The position numbers and the translations under genes were made by a program. Of a stretch of DNA of 64,000 nucleotides, positions 8,384 through 17,350 are shown piece by piece (within the stretch, counting starts at the first letter, position 1; every line of letters starts with the position of its first letter). A model generated the notes under the pieces. That model saw only the letters and a list, made by a program, of their open reading frames with translations. It was not told where the DNA came from and did no database searches. The DNA comes from Dehalococcoidia bacterium. GTDB lineage: Bacteria > Chloroflexota > Dehalococcoidia > UBA2979. The stretch covers positions 576,001 through 640,000 of the forward strand of contig OZ219872.1 in the NCBI GenBank assembly GCA_964291495.2, written 5' to 3'.

Positions 8384-9661
8384 ATGAGCGACCTTCCCAG
8401 AGAGACGCGAACGTTCCGCGGCATCCCGCTCCCGGTGATCGCGGTGGGGCTCGCCGTCGGGGCAACCCTGCTCGGCGATTCGATGCTCTATGCCGTGATG
8501 CCCTCGCGGCCCGAGGCCTGGGCGCTCTCCGTACCAGCGGTCGGCATCCTGCTCTCCGTCAACCGGCTGGTGCGGCTCGTCACCAACTCGGTGGCGGCCT
8601 GGATCATCGAGCGGTTCGGCCAGCGTGTCCCGTTCGTCGCGGCGTTGCTGCTCGCCGTGGCGGTCACGCTCTGCTACGGCTGGGCCACGGCGTTTCTCGT
8701 GCTCCTGGTGGCGAGGATGGGCTGGGGACTGTGCTGGTCGACCCTGCGCCTCGGCGCCTTCTGGACCGTTCTCTCGGAGGCGAGCGACGCCAACCGCGGG
8801 CTGCTGTTGGGTTCCTACCAGGCAATCGTTCGCATGGGATCGGTGGCCGGCGCCCTAGTCGGCGCGGCCCTCACCGACACCTTTGGACACCGGCCGACCC
8901 TGACGCTGTTCGCCGCAGTGATGGCGGCTACGGCGGCCATCTGGGTGCTCTCCAACCGTCGCCGGGCGACGGGCGGGGAGGCGCCGAGGCCGCGCGCCGG
9001 CGGCGGTGACCTGCGCGCCGTGCTCGGGGACCGGCGCCTGCTCGTCACGGGCGGCGGAATCCTGATCACCGGGCTCGTCTTTTCCGGACTCATCACGGCC
9101 TCGCTCGGCTTCTACCTGAGCGCGCACTTCGGCCAGCAGATCGCGATCCTCGGCATTGCGCTCGGCGTGACGAGCGCCACCGGCATCATGCTCGGGGTCC
9201 AGTGGAGCCTGGGCCTGCCACTGGCGCCCGTGCTGGGCCACCTCTCCGACCGCTTCGGGCGCATCCCGCTGATCAGCGGCGGCTTCGCCGTGGGCGCCGC
9301 GGGGTTGCTCGCCCTCGCCGTCACGCAGTCGATCTGGCTGATGCTGCCCGCTGTACTCGCGGCCTTCGTCGGCTCGACGGCCCTCACGGTGACGCTCACC
9401 GCGACGGCCGGGGACCTCGCCCCGCCGGAGCGGCGCAGCGCGGTCGTCAGCAGCTACGCCACCTTCGCCGACCTGGGCAGCGCGCTCGGCCCGCTGATCG
9501 GGCTCTCATTCGCCAGCCTCGCCACGCTGCGCGGACTCTACGGCGCGGCGGCGCTGCTGCTGCTTGTTGCGGCGCTGGTCTTCCGGGCGGCGTTTCGCGG
9601 CGGGCGACCGCGAGAGACGGTCGCCGAAGCGGGCGACGCGCGCTCGCTACGCCGCGGCTGA
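8384..9661 (+). CDS. MFS transporter
   Basis: About 12 hydrophobic segments; motif A-like IIERFGQR and GHLSDRFGR. Confidence 0.88.
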   Translation: MSDLPRETRTFRGIPLPVIAVGLAVGATLLGDSMLYAVMPSRPEAWALSVPAVGILLSVNRLVRLVTNSVAAWIIERFGQRVPFVAALLLAVAVTLCYGWATAFLVLLVARMGWGLCWSTLRLGAFWTVLSEASDANRGLLLGSYQAIVRMGSVAGALVGAALTDTFGHRPTLTLFAAVMAATAAIWVLSNRRRATGGEAPRPRAGGGDLRAVLGDRRLLVTGGGILITGLVFSGLITASLGFYLSAHFGQQIAILGIALGVTSATGIMLGVQWSLGLPLAPVLGHLSDRFGRIPLISGGFAVGAAGLLALAVTQSIWLMLPAVLAAFVGSTALTVTLTATAGDLAPPERRSAVVSSYATFADLGSALGPLIGLSFASLATLRGLYGAAALLLLVAALVFRAAFRGGRPRETVAEAGDARSLRRG

Positions 9662-10510
9662 CCCGCCCGGGGACCAGCCGTAGATGCGCTCGAGGCTGCC
9701 GCCCATCAGCGCCGCGCGCTCGCTGTCGGAGAGCTGGTCGGTGACGCGGAACGCCTCGACGCCCTGCTCGTAGGTGAGCAGGTTGACGGCCCGCGTCCAG
9801 TCGGTGCCCCACAGGCAGCGATCGAACCCGAACGCCTCGAAGACCCGGCTCAGCGGTTGCCAGATGTCGGGGTACGGGAACGGCTCGTGCGCCAGCGTGC
9901 AGGCGCCGGAGACCTTGATCGCGACGTGGTCGAACTCGGCCAGCGTCAGCACCTCATCGAGCTCGGCCCACGGCTCGTCGGGGGGCGGCGGCTCGTGCGG
10001 CTGCGTCAGGCCGAGGTGATCGATGATCAGCTGCGTGTTCGGGTGCCGCCGCGCGATTTCGCGGAAGAGCGGCACCTTGCTGGTGCAGAGCACGTTGACG
10101 GGAATGCCCGCCGCCGCGCCTGCCTCCATCACCGCATCGAGGCCGGGATGGTCGCCCTCGATCTCCACGTACCTGAGCACGATCCGCGCGCCGACCACGC
10201 CGGGGTTGGCGGCCCACTCCTCGACCTCCGCCCCGACCGTCTCCGAGAGGGGGTCGAAGGGCCTGATCAGCCCAAACCGGTCGGGATACTTGGCCCCCAT
10301 CGCCAGCGCGTAGCTCCCGTCGTAGCCGTAGATGCGATAGGGCGAGATCAGCAGGGCGCCGTCGACGCCCACCTCGTCCATCGCCTCGACCATCTGCTCA
10401 CCGGTGACCTCCGGGGGCCCCGTCAGCTCGCCTACCCAGGGGTTCTCGGGAGTGTTTGCCTCGTAGGCATGCACCTGGCAGTCGATGATCGGCGTGCTGT
10501 TGTTCGGCAT
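9647..10510 (-). CDS. Amidohydrolase_2 family protein (lactonase-like)
   Basis: IIDCQVH, IIDHLG, AIKVSG, FGFDRCLWGTDW. Confidence 0.85.
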   Translation of the reverse strand: MPNNSTPIIDCQVHAYEANTPENPWVGELTGPPEVTGEQMVEAMDEVGVDGALLISPYRIYGYDGSYALAMGAKYPDRFGLIRPFDPLSETVGAEVEEWAANPGVVGARIVLRYVEIEGDHPGLDAVMEAGAAAGIPVNVLCTSKVPLFREIARRHPNTQLIIDHLGLTQPHEPPPPDEPWAELDEVLTLAEFDHVAIKVSGACTLAHEPFPYPDIWQPLSRVFEAFGFDRCLWGTDWTRAVNLLTYEQGVEAFRVTDQLSDSERAALMGGSLERIYGWSPGGSAAA

Positions 10511-10627
10511 GGTCGGTCCGCCTCACTCCCCCTGGCTGCGTCTCGCGGCCCTACGGTACCGCGCGGAGGATGCCGCGTGCACGGGCGCACCGCCGCAGGC
10601 GCTACAGTGGCGGCCGGGAGGTGCGGC

Positions 10628-11443
10628 ATGGCGTTTCAGATGGACCCGGAGCAACTTGGACTCGTCGACGAGGTGGCGCTCGTCACCGGAGGCGCGCGCG
10701 GCATCGGCAAGGGCTGCGCGCTCCAGCTCGCCCGCGCCGGCTGCCACATCGCCATCGCCGACCTCGACGACGAGACCGCCAGCGCGACCGCGAAGGAGAT
10801 CGAGGCGCTCGGCCGCCAGGCCGAGGTCGTCGTCGCCAACGTGCGCGAGGAGGATCAGGTCAACGCAATGGTCGAGGAGGTCGTCTCACGCCTCGGCGGG
10901 CTCGACGTGGCCGTCAACAACGTCGGCAACCCGACGGGGATGCGGCCGTTCCTCGACTACTCGACCGAGCTGTGGCACGACATCGTCGACCAGAACCTGA
11001 CGAGCTCCTACCTCTGCTCCCAGGCCGAGGCGCGGAGCATGGTTGAGCGCGGGATCGCAGGACGGATCGTGACGATCGCCTCCTCGAGCGGCATCGTCGG
11101 CGCGCCGAACATCGTCGCCTACGGTGCGGCGAAGGCGGGCGTGATCCACATGACCAAGACGCTCGCGATGGAACTCGCGCCGCACGGCATCCGCGTCAAC
11201 TGCATCGTGCCCGGCACGCACCTGACCGAGAAGGCGGCGGCCAACACCGACCCGGCGACGGTCGCGTTCCGCGAGGCGGCCGCGAAGGCCCCGCCGCTCG
11301 CCCGCCTCGGCGACCCGCTGGAGACGGGCGGCCTCGCGGTCTTCTTCGCCTCGCGGCTCTCCGCCTACGTGACCGGGCACAGCCTGCTCTCCGACGGCGG
11401 CGTCACGCACACCACGGCGCGCCCGGCGGTGCCGCCGCGGTAG
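10628..11443 (+). CDS. Short-chain dehydrogenase/reductase
   Basis: TGGARGIG, NNVG, YGAAK, IRVNCIVPG. GGGAGG RBS. Confidence 0.92.
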   Translation: MAFQMDPEQLGLVDEVALVTGGARGIGKGCALQLARAGCHIAIADLDDETASATAKEIEALGRQAEVVVANVREEDQVNAMVEEVVSRLGGLDVAVNNVGNPTGMRPFLDYSTELWHDIVDQNLTSSYLCSQAEARSMVERGIAGRIVTIASSSGIVGAPNIVAYGAAKAGVIHMTKTLAMELAPHGIRVNCIVPGTHLTEKAAANTDPATVAFREAAAKAPPLARLGDPLETGGLAVFFASRLSAYVTGHSLLSDGGVTHTTARPAVPPR

Positions 11444-11487
11444 CTCGCGGCGCTCCGGACGGGCAGCGAGGAGGAGAGGAGCGCGAA

Positions 11488-12396
11488 ATGGCCGAGCTTG
11501 ACGGGCGCGTCGCCCTGATCACGGGAGCGAGCCGGGGGATCGGGCAGGCGATCGCGGTGCGCATGGCCGCCGAGGGCGCGCGCGTCGCCCTGATCGGCCG
11601 CGACGAGGCGACGCGGCGCACGGACCTCTCCGGGACACTCGAGGAGGGCCTCGCGCTCATCGACGAGATCGGCGGCGAGGCAATCGCCGTGCGCGCCGAC
11701 ATCGCCGACACGGAGGCGGACAAGAGCGCGGTCGTCGAGGAGGTCGTGGCGGCCTTCGGGCGCTCGCCGGACATCCTCGTGCACAGCGCCGCCGCGCCGC
11801 GCGAGTTCCGAATGGACTGGCACATCCCGTTCGCCGAGACGGAGGCCGAGTGGTTCGTGCGCGGCGTGCTGGTCAACGTCTGGGGCGGCTGGGATCTGGC
11901 GAAGGCCGTCATCCCCGGGATGCGCGAGCGCGGCGAGGGCTGGATCCTCTTCGTCTCCTCGCAGCAGGCGGCGCCGCGCCCGAGCCCGGTGGGCGGCGGC
12001 CCGGCCAGCCCGATGGGCGGCTCCTGCATCTACGGCGGCACGAAGGCGTTCATCGACCGCGTGTGCAGCGGCGCGGCGATGGAGCTCTACGTGGACGGCA
12101 TCGCCGTCAACAGCCTCGCGCCGACCGGCGCGATCGCGACGCCGCTCTCGATCTCGGTCGGCGTGCCGCCGGAGGGCACGGAGCCGATGGAGACCTTCGT
12201 CGAGGCCTCGTTGGCGCTCTGCACGGGCGACCCGGCGGTGCTGACGAGCCGCATCGTGAACACCCTCCCGCTACTGCACGAGCTGCAGCGGCCGGTGCGC
12301 ATGGTCGACGGCTCAGCGCTGTTCGAGGGCTGGCAGCCGGACCATGACGACGAGCGCCGCTTCCACCGCAACTACCTCGCGGCGACGGGCCACTGA
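11488..12396 (+). CDS. Short-chain dehydrogenase/reductase
   Basis: TGASRGIG, YGGTK, IAVNSLAP. Confidence 0.88.
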   Translation: MAELDGRVALITGASRGIGQAIAVRMAAEGARVALIGRDEATRRTDLSGTLEEGLALIDEIGGEAIAVRADIADTEADKSAVVEEVVAAFGRSPDILVHSAAAPREFRMDWHIPFAETEAEWFVRGVLVNVWGGWDLAKAVIPGMRERGEGWILFVSSQQAAPRPSPVGGGPASPMGGSCIYGGTKAFIDRVCSGAAMELYVDGIAVNSLAPTGAIATPLSISVGVPPEGTEPMETFVEASLALCTGDPAVLTSRIVNTLPLLHELQRPVRMVDGSALFEGWQPDHDDERRFHRNYLAATGH

Positions 12397-12409
12397 CGCG
12401 CGAGCGGTC

Positions 12410-13747
12410 CTAGTCGGGGTTGGCGCCCCAGACGATCCAGTCGGAGTGGTAGAGCGGCAGCGGGCCGCCTGAGACTCCGATCTCGGCGGGAATCCTGATC
12501 TGCCGGTCGCCGGCCCGCCCCTGGATCTGCTGGATCGAGTCCGTGTGCATCCAGAAGCGGGTGCGCCCGCTGCCGACGTTGCCGCCGCTCGGCGAAACCG
12601 GGTGGGGGCCCTCGATGCTGATGTCCTCCTGGAAGAGGTCGAGGCCCTCGCCCTCTTTCACGCCGGCGAAGCCGAGGCCCTCCATGTGAAAGACGTGGAA
12701 GAGGCTGAACCCGTCGTACATGTTCTCGAAGCTCAGGTCGCTCGCATGGATCCCGGCGCCCTCGAGGAGCTTGCGCCCGGTGCTCGCGCAGGACCGCTGT
12801 GCCTCCTCGAGGGTCTGGTTCAGCCCGCGCTGGATCGTGCGGTCGGCGGCGTGGTTGAGGATGTAGGCAGGCTTCTGCTTCATGTCCCTCGCACGCTCGG
12901 CCGTGGTCAGCAGGTAGGCCGCCGCCGTGTGGATCGGGATGTCGTTGTCGAAGAGGTTGGCCGGCTTGGCGATCCAGCGCGATTCGAGGTAGTCCTCCTC
13001 GGTGAGCTCCTCGGGGCGGTGCTGGTACCAGTAGCCCTCGGGGAACATCAGGCCGTTGCGCCTCGAGTTGACCATGAAGGGCGTCATCATCTCCTTGGTC
13101 TTGCCGTACTTCCACAGGTAGCGCTGGAACTGCTGGGCCGTGCCCCAGGAGTTCGCCGAACCGTAAGGGTTGGACCACTTCGGGTTGCCGGAGATCGTCT
13201 CCTCGGCGTTTGCGCCGCCGTGGCTGTAGCGGCCCTCGAGGTTGTGCCAGGCCTTGAGCACCAGGCAGTTGCTGGTCATCCCGTCGCCGACGGCCTGCGC
13301 GGCGATCGCGATCGCGTTGGACATGCAGTCCATCCCCGCCATGACGAACTTGACGTTCGTCAGCTCCGGCAGGTTCTTGAGCAGCCACGTGTCGGTGAGC
13401 TTGGCGATGCCGTCGAGGGGATCGTCGGTGGTCTGGTAGGCGTTGACGATGTCCATCGGGATCGGCCGGTCGTCCGGCCAGTGCGCGCCGGTCGTGGTCG
13501 TCGGCAGGAAGACGAGACCGTCGATCTCCTCCGGCGGCACGCCGGCGTCATCGATCGCCTTGCGCAGCGCTTGCAGCGCCCAGGCGCCAATCGTGTTCTC
13601 GGCGGTGCCGTCCCAACGGCGGGCCGTCGGCGAGTGGCCGATGCCGACCGCCGCGACCTTGCCCTTGTGCTCCCAGACTCCCAGTCCTTCCTGGCTGCGG
13701 AAGATCGATTCGGGCGCGGTGCTACCGAGACGGTTGGGCGTGGGCAT
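12410..13747 (-). CDS. Thiolase-fold protein (SCP2-thiolase/Ltp2-like)
   Basis: KVAAVGIG, ALRKAIDDAG..EEIDG, YLESRWIAKP, TTAERARD, MYDGFS, EGLGF, SPSGG. Directly downstream of a DUF35 gene. Confidence 0.8.
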   Translation of the reverse strand: MPTPNRLGSTAPESIFRSQEGLGVWEHKGKVAAVGIGHSPTARRWDGTAENTIGAWALQALRKAIDDAGVPPEEIDGLVFLPTTTTGAHWPDDRPIPMDIVNAYQTTDDPLDGIAKLTDTWLLKNLPELTNVKFVMAGMDCMSNAIAIAAQAVGDGMTSNCLVLKAWHNLEGRYSHGGANAEETISGNPKWSNPYGSANSWGTAQQFQRYLWKYGKTKEMMTPFMVNSRRNGLMFPEGYWYQHRPEELTEEDYLESRWIAKPANLFDNDIPIHTAAAYLLTTAERARDMKQKPAYILNHAADRTIQRGLNQTLEEAQRSCASTGRKLLEGAGIHASDLSFENMYDGFSLFHVFHMEGLGFAGVKEGEGLDLFQEDISIEGPHPVSPSGGNVGSGRTRFWMHTDSIQQIQGRAGDRQIRIPAEIGVSGGPLPLYHSDWIVWGANPD

Positions 13748-13791
13748 CAGCTATTCCTTTCGGCCTGCGTCGCGTCGTGTCGGGGAGGCTG

Positions 13792-14205
13792 TTACTCGAC
13801 CATCTGCCACTCGGGGATCTTCTGGCCGGTGGCCTGCGTCTCCTCGAAGATCACCGTAACGGCGGCCCCGATCTGGACCTCGTCGAGCGGGATGCCGGGG
13901 AGGTTGGACACCAGCGTGATCTCGGGATCTTCCTCCAGTTCGATCACGGCGAGGTTGAACGGCTGGTCCGGGATGCGCAGCGCAACGGTGTTGTCGTAGA
14001 CCACGCCGTAGCTGTGGATCCGGCCGCGGCCGCTCATCTCGCGCCACTCGAGGTCGTCGGCGGAGCCGCAGCCGAAGCACTCCGGCTCCGGGGGATGCTG
14101 CAGCCGGTCGCAGGATGTGCAGTTCTGGATGACGAGCCGCCCCTCGTTGCAGGCGTCCCAGAAGGGCTGGTCGAGTTCGTCCGGTACGGGAGATTGTTTC
14201 GGCAT
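13792..14205 (-). CDS. DUF35 Zn-ribbon/OB-fold protein
   Basis: PFWDACNEGRLVIQNCTSC..HPP..CFGC, SGRGRIHSY, IELEE. Confidence 0.92.
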   Translation of the reverse strand: MPKQSPVPDELDQPFWDACNEGRLVIQNCTSCDRLQHPPEPECFGCGSADDLEWREMSGRGRIHSYGVVYDNTVALRIPDQPFNLAVIELEEDPEITLVSNLPGIPLDEVQIGAAVTVIFEETQATGQKIPEWQMVE

Positions 14206-14347
14206 CCTCGCTCCTCGCGTTGTCGCGGAGCCGGCCGACCGGCCTCGCAGCGGGCCGAATGTTAGCAGCGATCACGCGTCGCGGCTCGCCACGGACGCGC
14301 CTGCGCAAGGGACGGCCCCCGGCAGCGGGCGAGCCACCGCGCCCTCT

Positions 14348-14381
14348 AATGTTGCGTTAGTCACCTGACTATGCCAACATT
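14348..14381. promoter_or_regulatory. 34-bp palindromic operator candidate upstream of the YeeE operon
   Basis: AATGTTG-cgt-TAGTCA-cc-TGACTA-tgc-CAACATT, AT-rich, ends 6 nt before ATG 14388. Confidence 0.6.
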
Positions 14382-14387
14382 TTTGCC

Positions 14388-15626
14388 ATGACCGCTCTCC
14401 CCGCCACCGTGCGCACGCTCGATCGCTCGACGGCTGGAGGGCTGCTCGCCCTCGTCGGCCTCGCGATCGTGTACCTGATCGCGCTGCAGACGGACGCGGC
14501 CTGGCCGGTGTTCTGGATCTCCGGCGTCGCCTTCGGCGCGATCTGCCAGCGCAGCCGCTTCTGCTTCGTCGCCGGCTTCCGCGACCTCTTCCTGATGCGC
14601 CAGGGCCGGATGCTGCGAGGCATCATCGCCGGCCTCGCCGTCGCCACCGCCGGCTTTGCGATGATCATGGCCACCGTCGTCCCCAACCCCGGCTCGGGCG
14701 TGCTGCCTTCCGACGCGCACATCCTGCCGCTCGGCATCGCGACGGTCCTCGGCGGGCTGCTCTTCGGCTTCGGCATGGTGCTCTCCGGCGGCTGCGTCAG
14801 CGGCTCGCTCTACCGCATGGGCGAGGGCTACATCGGCTCCTGGATCGCGATCGGTGGCGTGCTGCTGGGGCTCTACGCGATGGCTCGCACCTGGAACTGG
14901 TGGTGGGACAACCAGATCAGCAGCGACCGCATCTCCTGGCTGCCGACCGACCTCAGCTACACCGGCGCGATCGTGATCACGTTCCTGCTGCTCGGCGCAG
15001 CATTCGTTGCCGTCTCCTGGTGGGAGCGGCGAGCGCTGCGCGGCCTCCCCACGTTCACGATCCCCATCTCGAGCGCTGCGCCGGAAGCCACCGAGGACGA
15101 GAACACCCTCGGTTCACTCGCGCGGAAGGTCTTCCGCACCGAGTGGACGCCGCTGATCGGCGGGATCGCGCTGGCGGCGGTCAACATCCTGATCTTCATC
15201 CGTTACCGCCCGCTCGGCGTCGTCGGCGAGCTGTCACGCTGGTCCACGGACTTCGCGGCCAACATCGGCGCCGGGGTCGGCGAGCTGCAGGGCATCAGCG
15301 ACATTCCCGGCTGCGTCCCGCGCTTCGTCGAGGGCACGTGGTTCAGCGACGCCTTCATGCTGAACGCCGGGATCATCGCCGGGGCGTTCACGGCGGCGCT
15401 GCTGGCGAGGGAGTTCCGGCTGCGCGTGCCGCGCGGCCCGCGCCGCTACGTGCAGTCGCTCGCCGGCGGCGTGGTGATGGGCTACGGCGCGGGCCTGGGG
15501 CTCGGCTGCACGCTCGGCGCCTTCTTTTCCGCAATCCCGTCGCTCGCACTCAACGGCTGGGTCTACGCCATCGCGCTCGTCGTCGGCGCCTACGCGGGCA
15601 CCGCGTTCATCCGGAGGTTCCCGTGA
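14388..15626 (+). CDS. YeeE/YedE family sulfur-compound (thiosulfate) transporter
   Basis: QRSRFCF..GFRD, FGFGMVLSGGCVSGSLYRMGEG, MGYGAGLGLGCTLG; three conserved Cys. Confidence 0.92.
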   Translation: MTALPATVRTLDRSTAGGLLALVGLAIVYLIALQTDAAWPVFWISGVAFGAICQRSRFCFVAGFRDLFLMRQGRMLRGIIAGLAVATAGFAMIMATVVPNPGSGVLPSDAHILPLGIATVLGGLLFGFGMVLSGGCVSGSLYRMGEGYIGSWIAIGGVLLGLYAMARTWNWWWDNQISSDRISWLPTDLSYTGAIVITFLLLGAAFVAVSWWERRALRGLPTFTIPISSAAPEATEDENTLGSLARKVFRTEWTPLIGGIALAAVNILIFIRYRPLGVVGELSRWSTDFAANIGAGVGELQGISDIPGCVPRFVEGTWFSDAFMLNAGIIAGAFTAALLAREFRLRVPRGPRRYVQSLAGGVVMGYGAGLGLGCTLGAFFSAIPSLALNGWVYAIALVVGAYAGTAFIRRFP

Positions 15627-15904
15627 GCGGCGCGGCTTCCGAGGTGCTGGACCTACGGGGCCGCCCGCCGGCCGAGCAGATGCAGAGCGCGCACGACGCC
15701 GTCGAGCGCGCCGCCGAGGGCGCGGCGCTGCGCATCGTCACCGACCTCGATGTGGTCGCCACCTACGTGCTGCCGGCGGCGGCCGAGCGCGGCGTGCGCT
15801 GCCGCGTCGAGCCGCCCTCGGACGGCGTACGCAAGATGAGCCTCTCGCCGGGCGAGCGCCCGGCTGCGGCAACCGAATCAGGGAACAGCTCCACCAGGGA
15901 GTAA
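15623..15904 (+). CDS. TusA/DUF2249-fold protein lacking the CPxP cysteine
   Basis: GTG overlaps the YeeE stop (GTGA). VLDLRGRPPAE...LRIVTD...AAERG parallels the adjacent TusA. Confidence 0.65.
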   Translation: MSGAASEVLDLRGRPPAEQMQSAHDAVERAAEGAALRIVTDLDVVATYVLPAAAERGVRCRVEPPSDGVRKMSLSPGERPAAATESGNSSTRE

Positions 15905-15916
15905 GGGGGTGACTCC

Positions 15917-16174
15917 ATGAGCGATGAGAACGACGCGCCGGTGCTGGACGTGCGCGGCGAGATCTGTCCGTACCCCATGCTGCGCACGAACCGGGAGCTC
16001 GACGACGTGCGTCCCGGGGTTCCGGAGCTGCGGGTCTGGACGGACCACCCGCCCGCGCTCTCGACGATCCCGCCCGAGGCGATGAAGCGCGGCTACGGGT
16101 GCGAGATCAGCGAACGGCGCCCCGGCGAGTGGGAGATCCACATCTTCAACGCCGAGGCGGCGGCAGCGGGCTAG
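15917..16174 (+). CDS. TusA/YedF-family sulfur carrier
   Basis: LDVRGEICPYP, VWTDHPPALSTIP. Confidence 0.9.
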   Translation: MSDENDAPVLDVRGEICPYPMLRTNRELDDVRPGVPELRVWTDHPPALSTIPPEAMKRGYGCEISERRPGEWEIHIFNAEAAAAG

Positions 16175-16242
16175 CCATGCACGAATCCAACCGACCGGGC
16201 GGCGCTAGCCGCCCCGATGACCAACAGAAAGCGAGCGACACG

Positions 16243-17211
16243 ATGAGACGACAGACTGGAACGAGACGAGGAACGGGGCTGTTTCGCCGTACCACCGGCC
16301 TGCTGGCGCTGGTCGCGCTGGCGGGGGCCGCCCTTATCGCCGCCTGCGGCGGTGACGACGAGGTGGAGCAGGTGACAGGCCTCGATGATCGGGGCTACGC
16401 CGATACCTCACGGCTGGTCACCACCGAGTGGATCGAGGCCAACCTCGACAACGACTCAGTGCTGCTGATCGACCTGCGCGGCGCGGACGACTACGCCGCC
16501 GGGCACATCCCCGGCGCGGTGCAGATCCCGCGCATCGCGTTCCAGATCGAGATCGACGGCGTACCGGGTCTGATCCCGCCCGCCGCGAATGTGGCCGCCG
16601 AGCTGGGCAAGATCGGCGCGACGGCGGACACGACGATCGTCTTCTACGACGCGCGCGGCTCGATCTGGGGTTCGCGCGGCCTCTGGGTGCTCGCCGTCTA
16701 CGGCCACGAGGACGTCCGGCTCCTCGACGGCGACTTCCCGCTCTGGGAGTCCGAGGGCCGCGAGGTCAGCACCGCGACGCCGGCGATCACGGCCGCCGAC
16801 TACGAGTTCAGCTCCTCGCCGAACAACGACATCATCGTCGGCTGGGACGACATCATCGATTCGATCGAGGACCCGAGCGTCCTCGTCTGCGACGCGCGCT
16901 CGCCCGAGGAGTACTCCGGGCGCGACGTGCGCGCCGACCGCGGCGGCCACATCCCGGAGTCGGTCAACGTCGAGTGGAGTCGCGCGCTCGACGAGAACGG
17001 CCGCTTCAAGCCGGCCGCCGAGCTGCGCGCACTCTACGAGGGCGAGGGCGTCGAGGCAGGCGGGACGATCTACACGCTCTGCCAGACCGCCGTGCGCGCC
17101 ACGCACACCTGGTTCGTCCTGAGCGACCTGCTCGGCTACGACGACGTGCGTGTCTACGACGGCTCGTGGATCGAGTACGGCAACCGCGAGGACTCGCCGA
17201 TCGACTCCTAG
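16243..17211 (+). CDS. Tandem-domain rhodanese/sulfurtransferase, predicted lipoprotein
   Basis: Basic N-terminus, hydrophobic stretch and LIAA-C lipobox; GHIPGA, DARSPEEY, GGHIP, active loop CQTAVRA, VYDGSWIEY. Confidence 0.9.
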   Translation: MRRQTGTRRGTGLFRRTTGLLALVALAGAALIAACGGDDEVEQVTGLDDRGYADTSRLVTTEWIEANLDNDSVLLIDLRGADDYAAGHIPGAVQIPRIAFQIEIDGVPGLIPPAANVAAELGKIGATADTTIVFYDARGSIWGSRGLWVLAVYGHEDVRLLDGDFPLWESEGREVSTATPAITAADYEFSSSPNNDIIVGWDDIIDSIEDPSVLVCDARSPEEYSGRDVRADRGGHIPESVNVEWSRALDENGRFKPAAELRALYEGEGVEAGGTIYTLCQTAVRATHTWFVLSDLLGYDDVRVYDGSWIEYGNREDSPIDS

Positions 17212-17254
17212 CGAGTCGGGCAGCGGCGGCAGCGCCGCTCCGGATGACCAACTC

Positions 17255-17290
17255 CCGAGGCGCCGCGGGTTCCGCGGCGCCTCGGTCTGT
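17255..17290 (+). terminator. Probable intrinsic terminator after the sulfur operon
   Basis: Perfect 14-bp stem CCGAGGCGCCGCGG-gtt-CCGCGGCGCCTCGG followed by TCTGT (weak U tract). Confidence 0.6.
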
Positions 17291-17350
17291 GTGCGCCGGC
17301 GCCCGCCAACTTGCTACCCTCGCGTTCGGAGACCTCGGAGGAGGTGCGCG

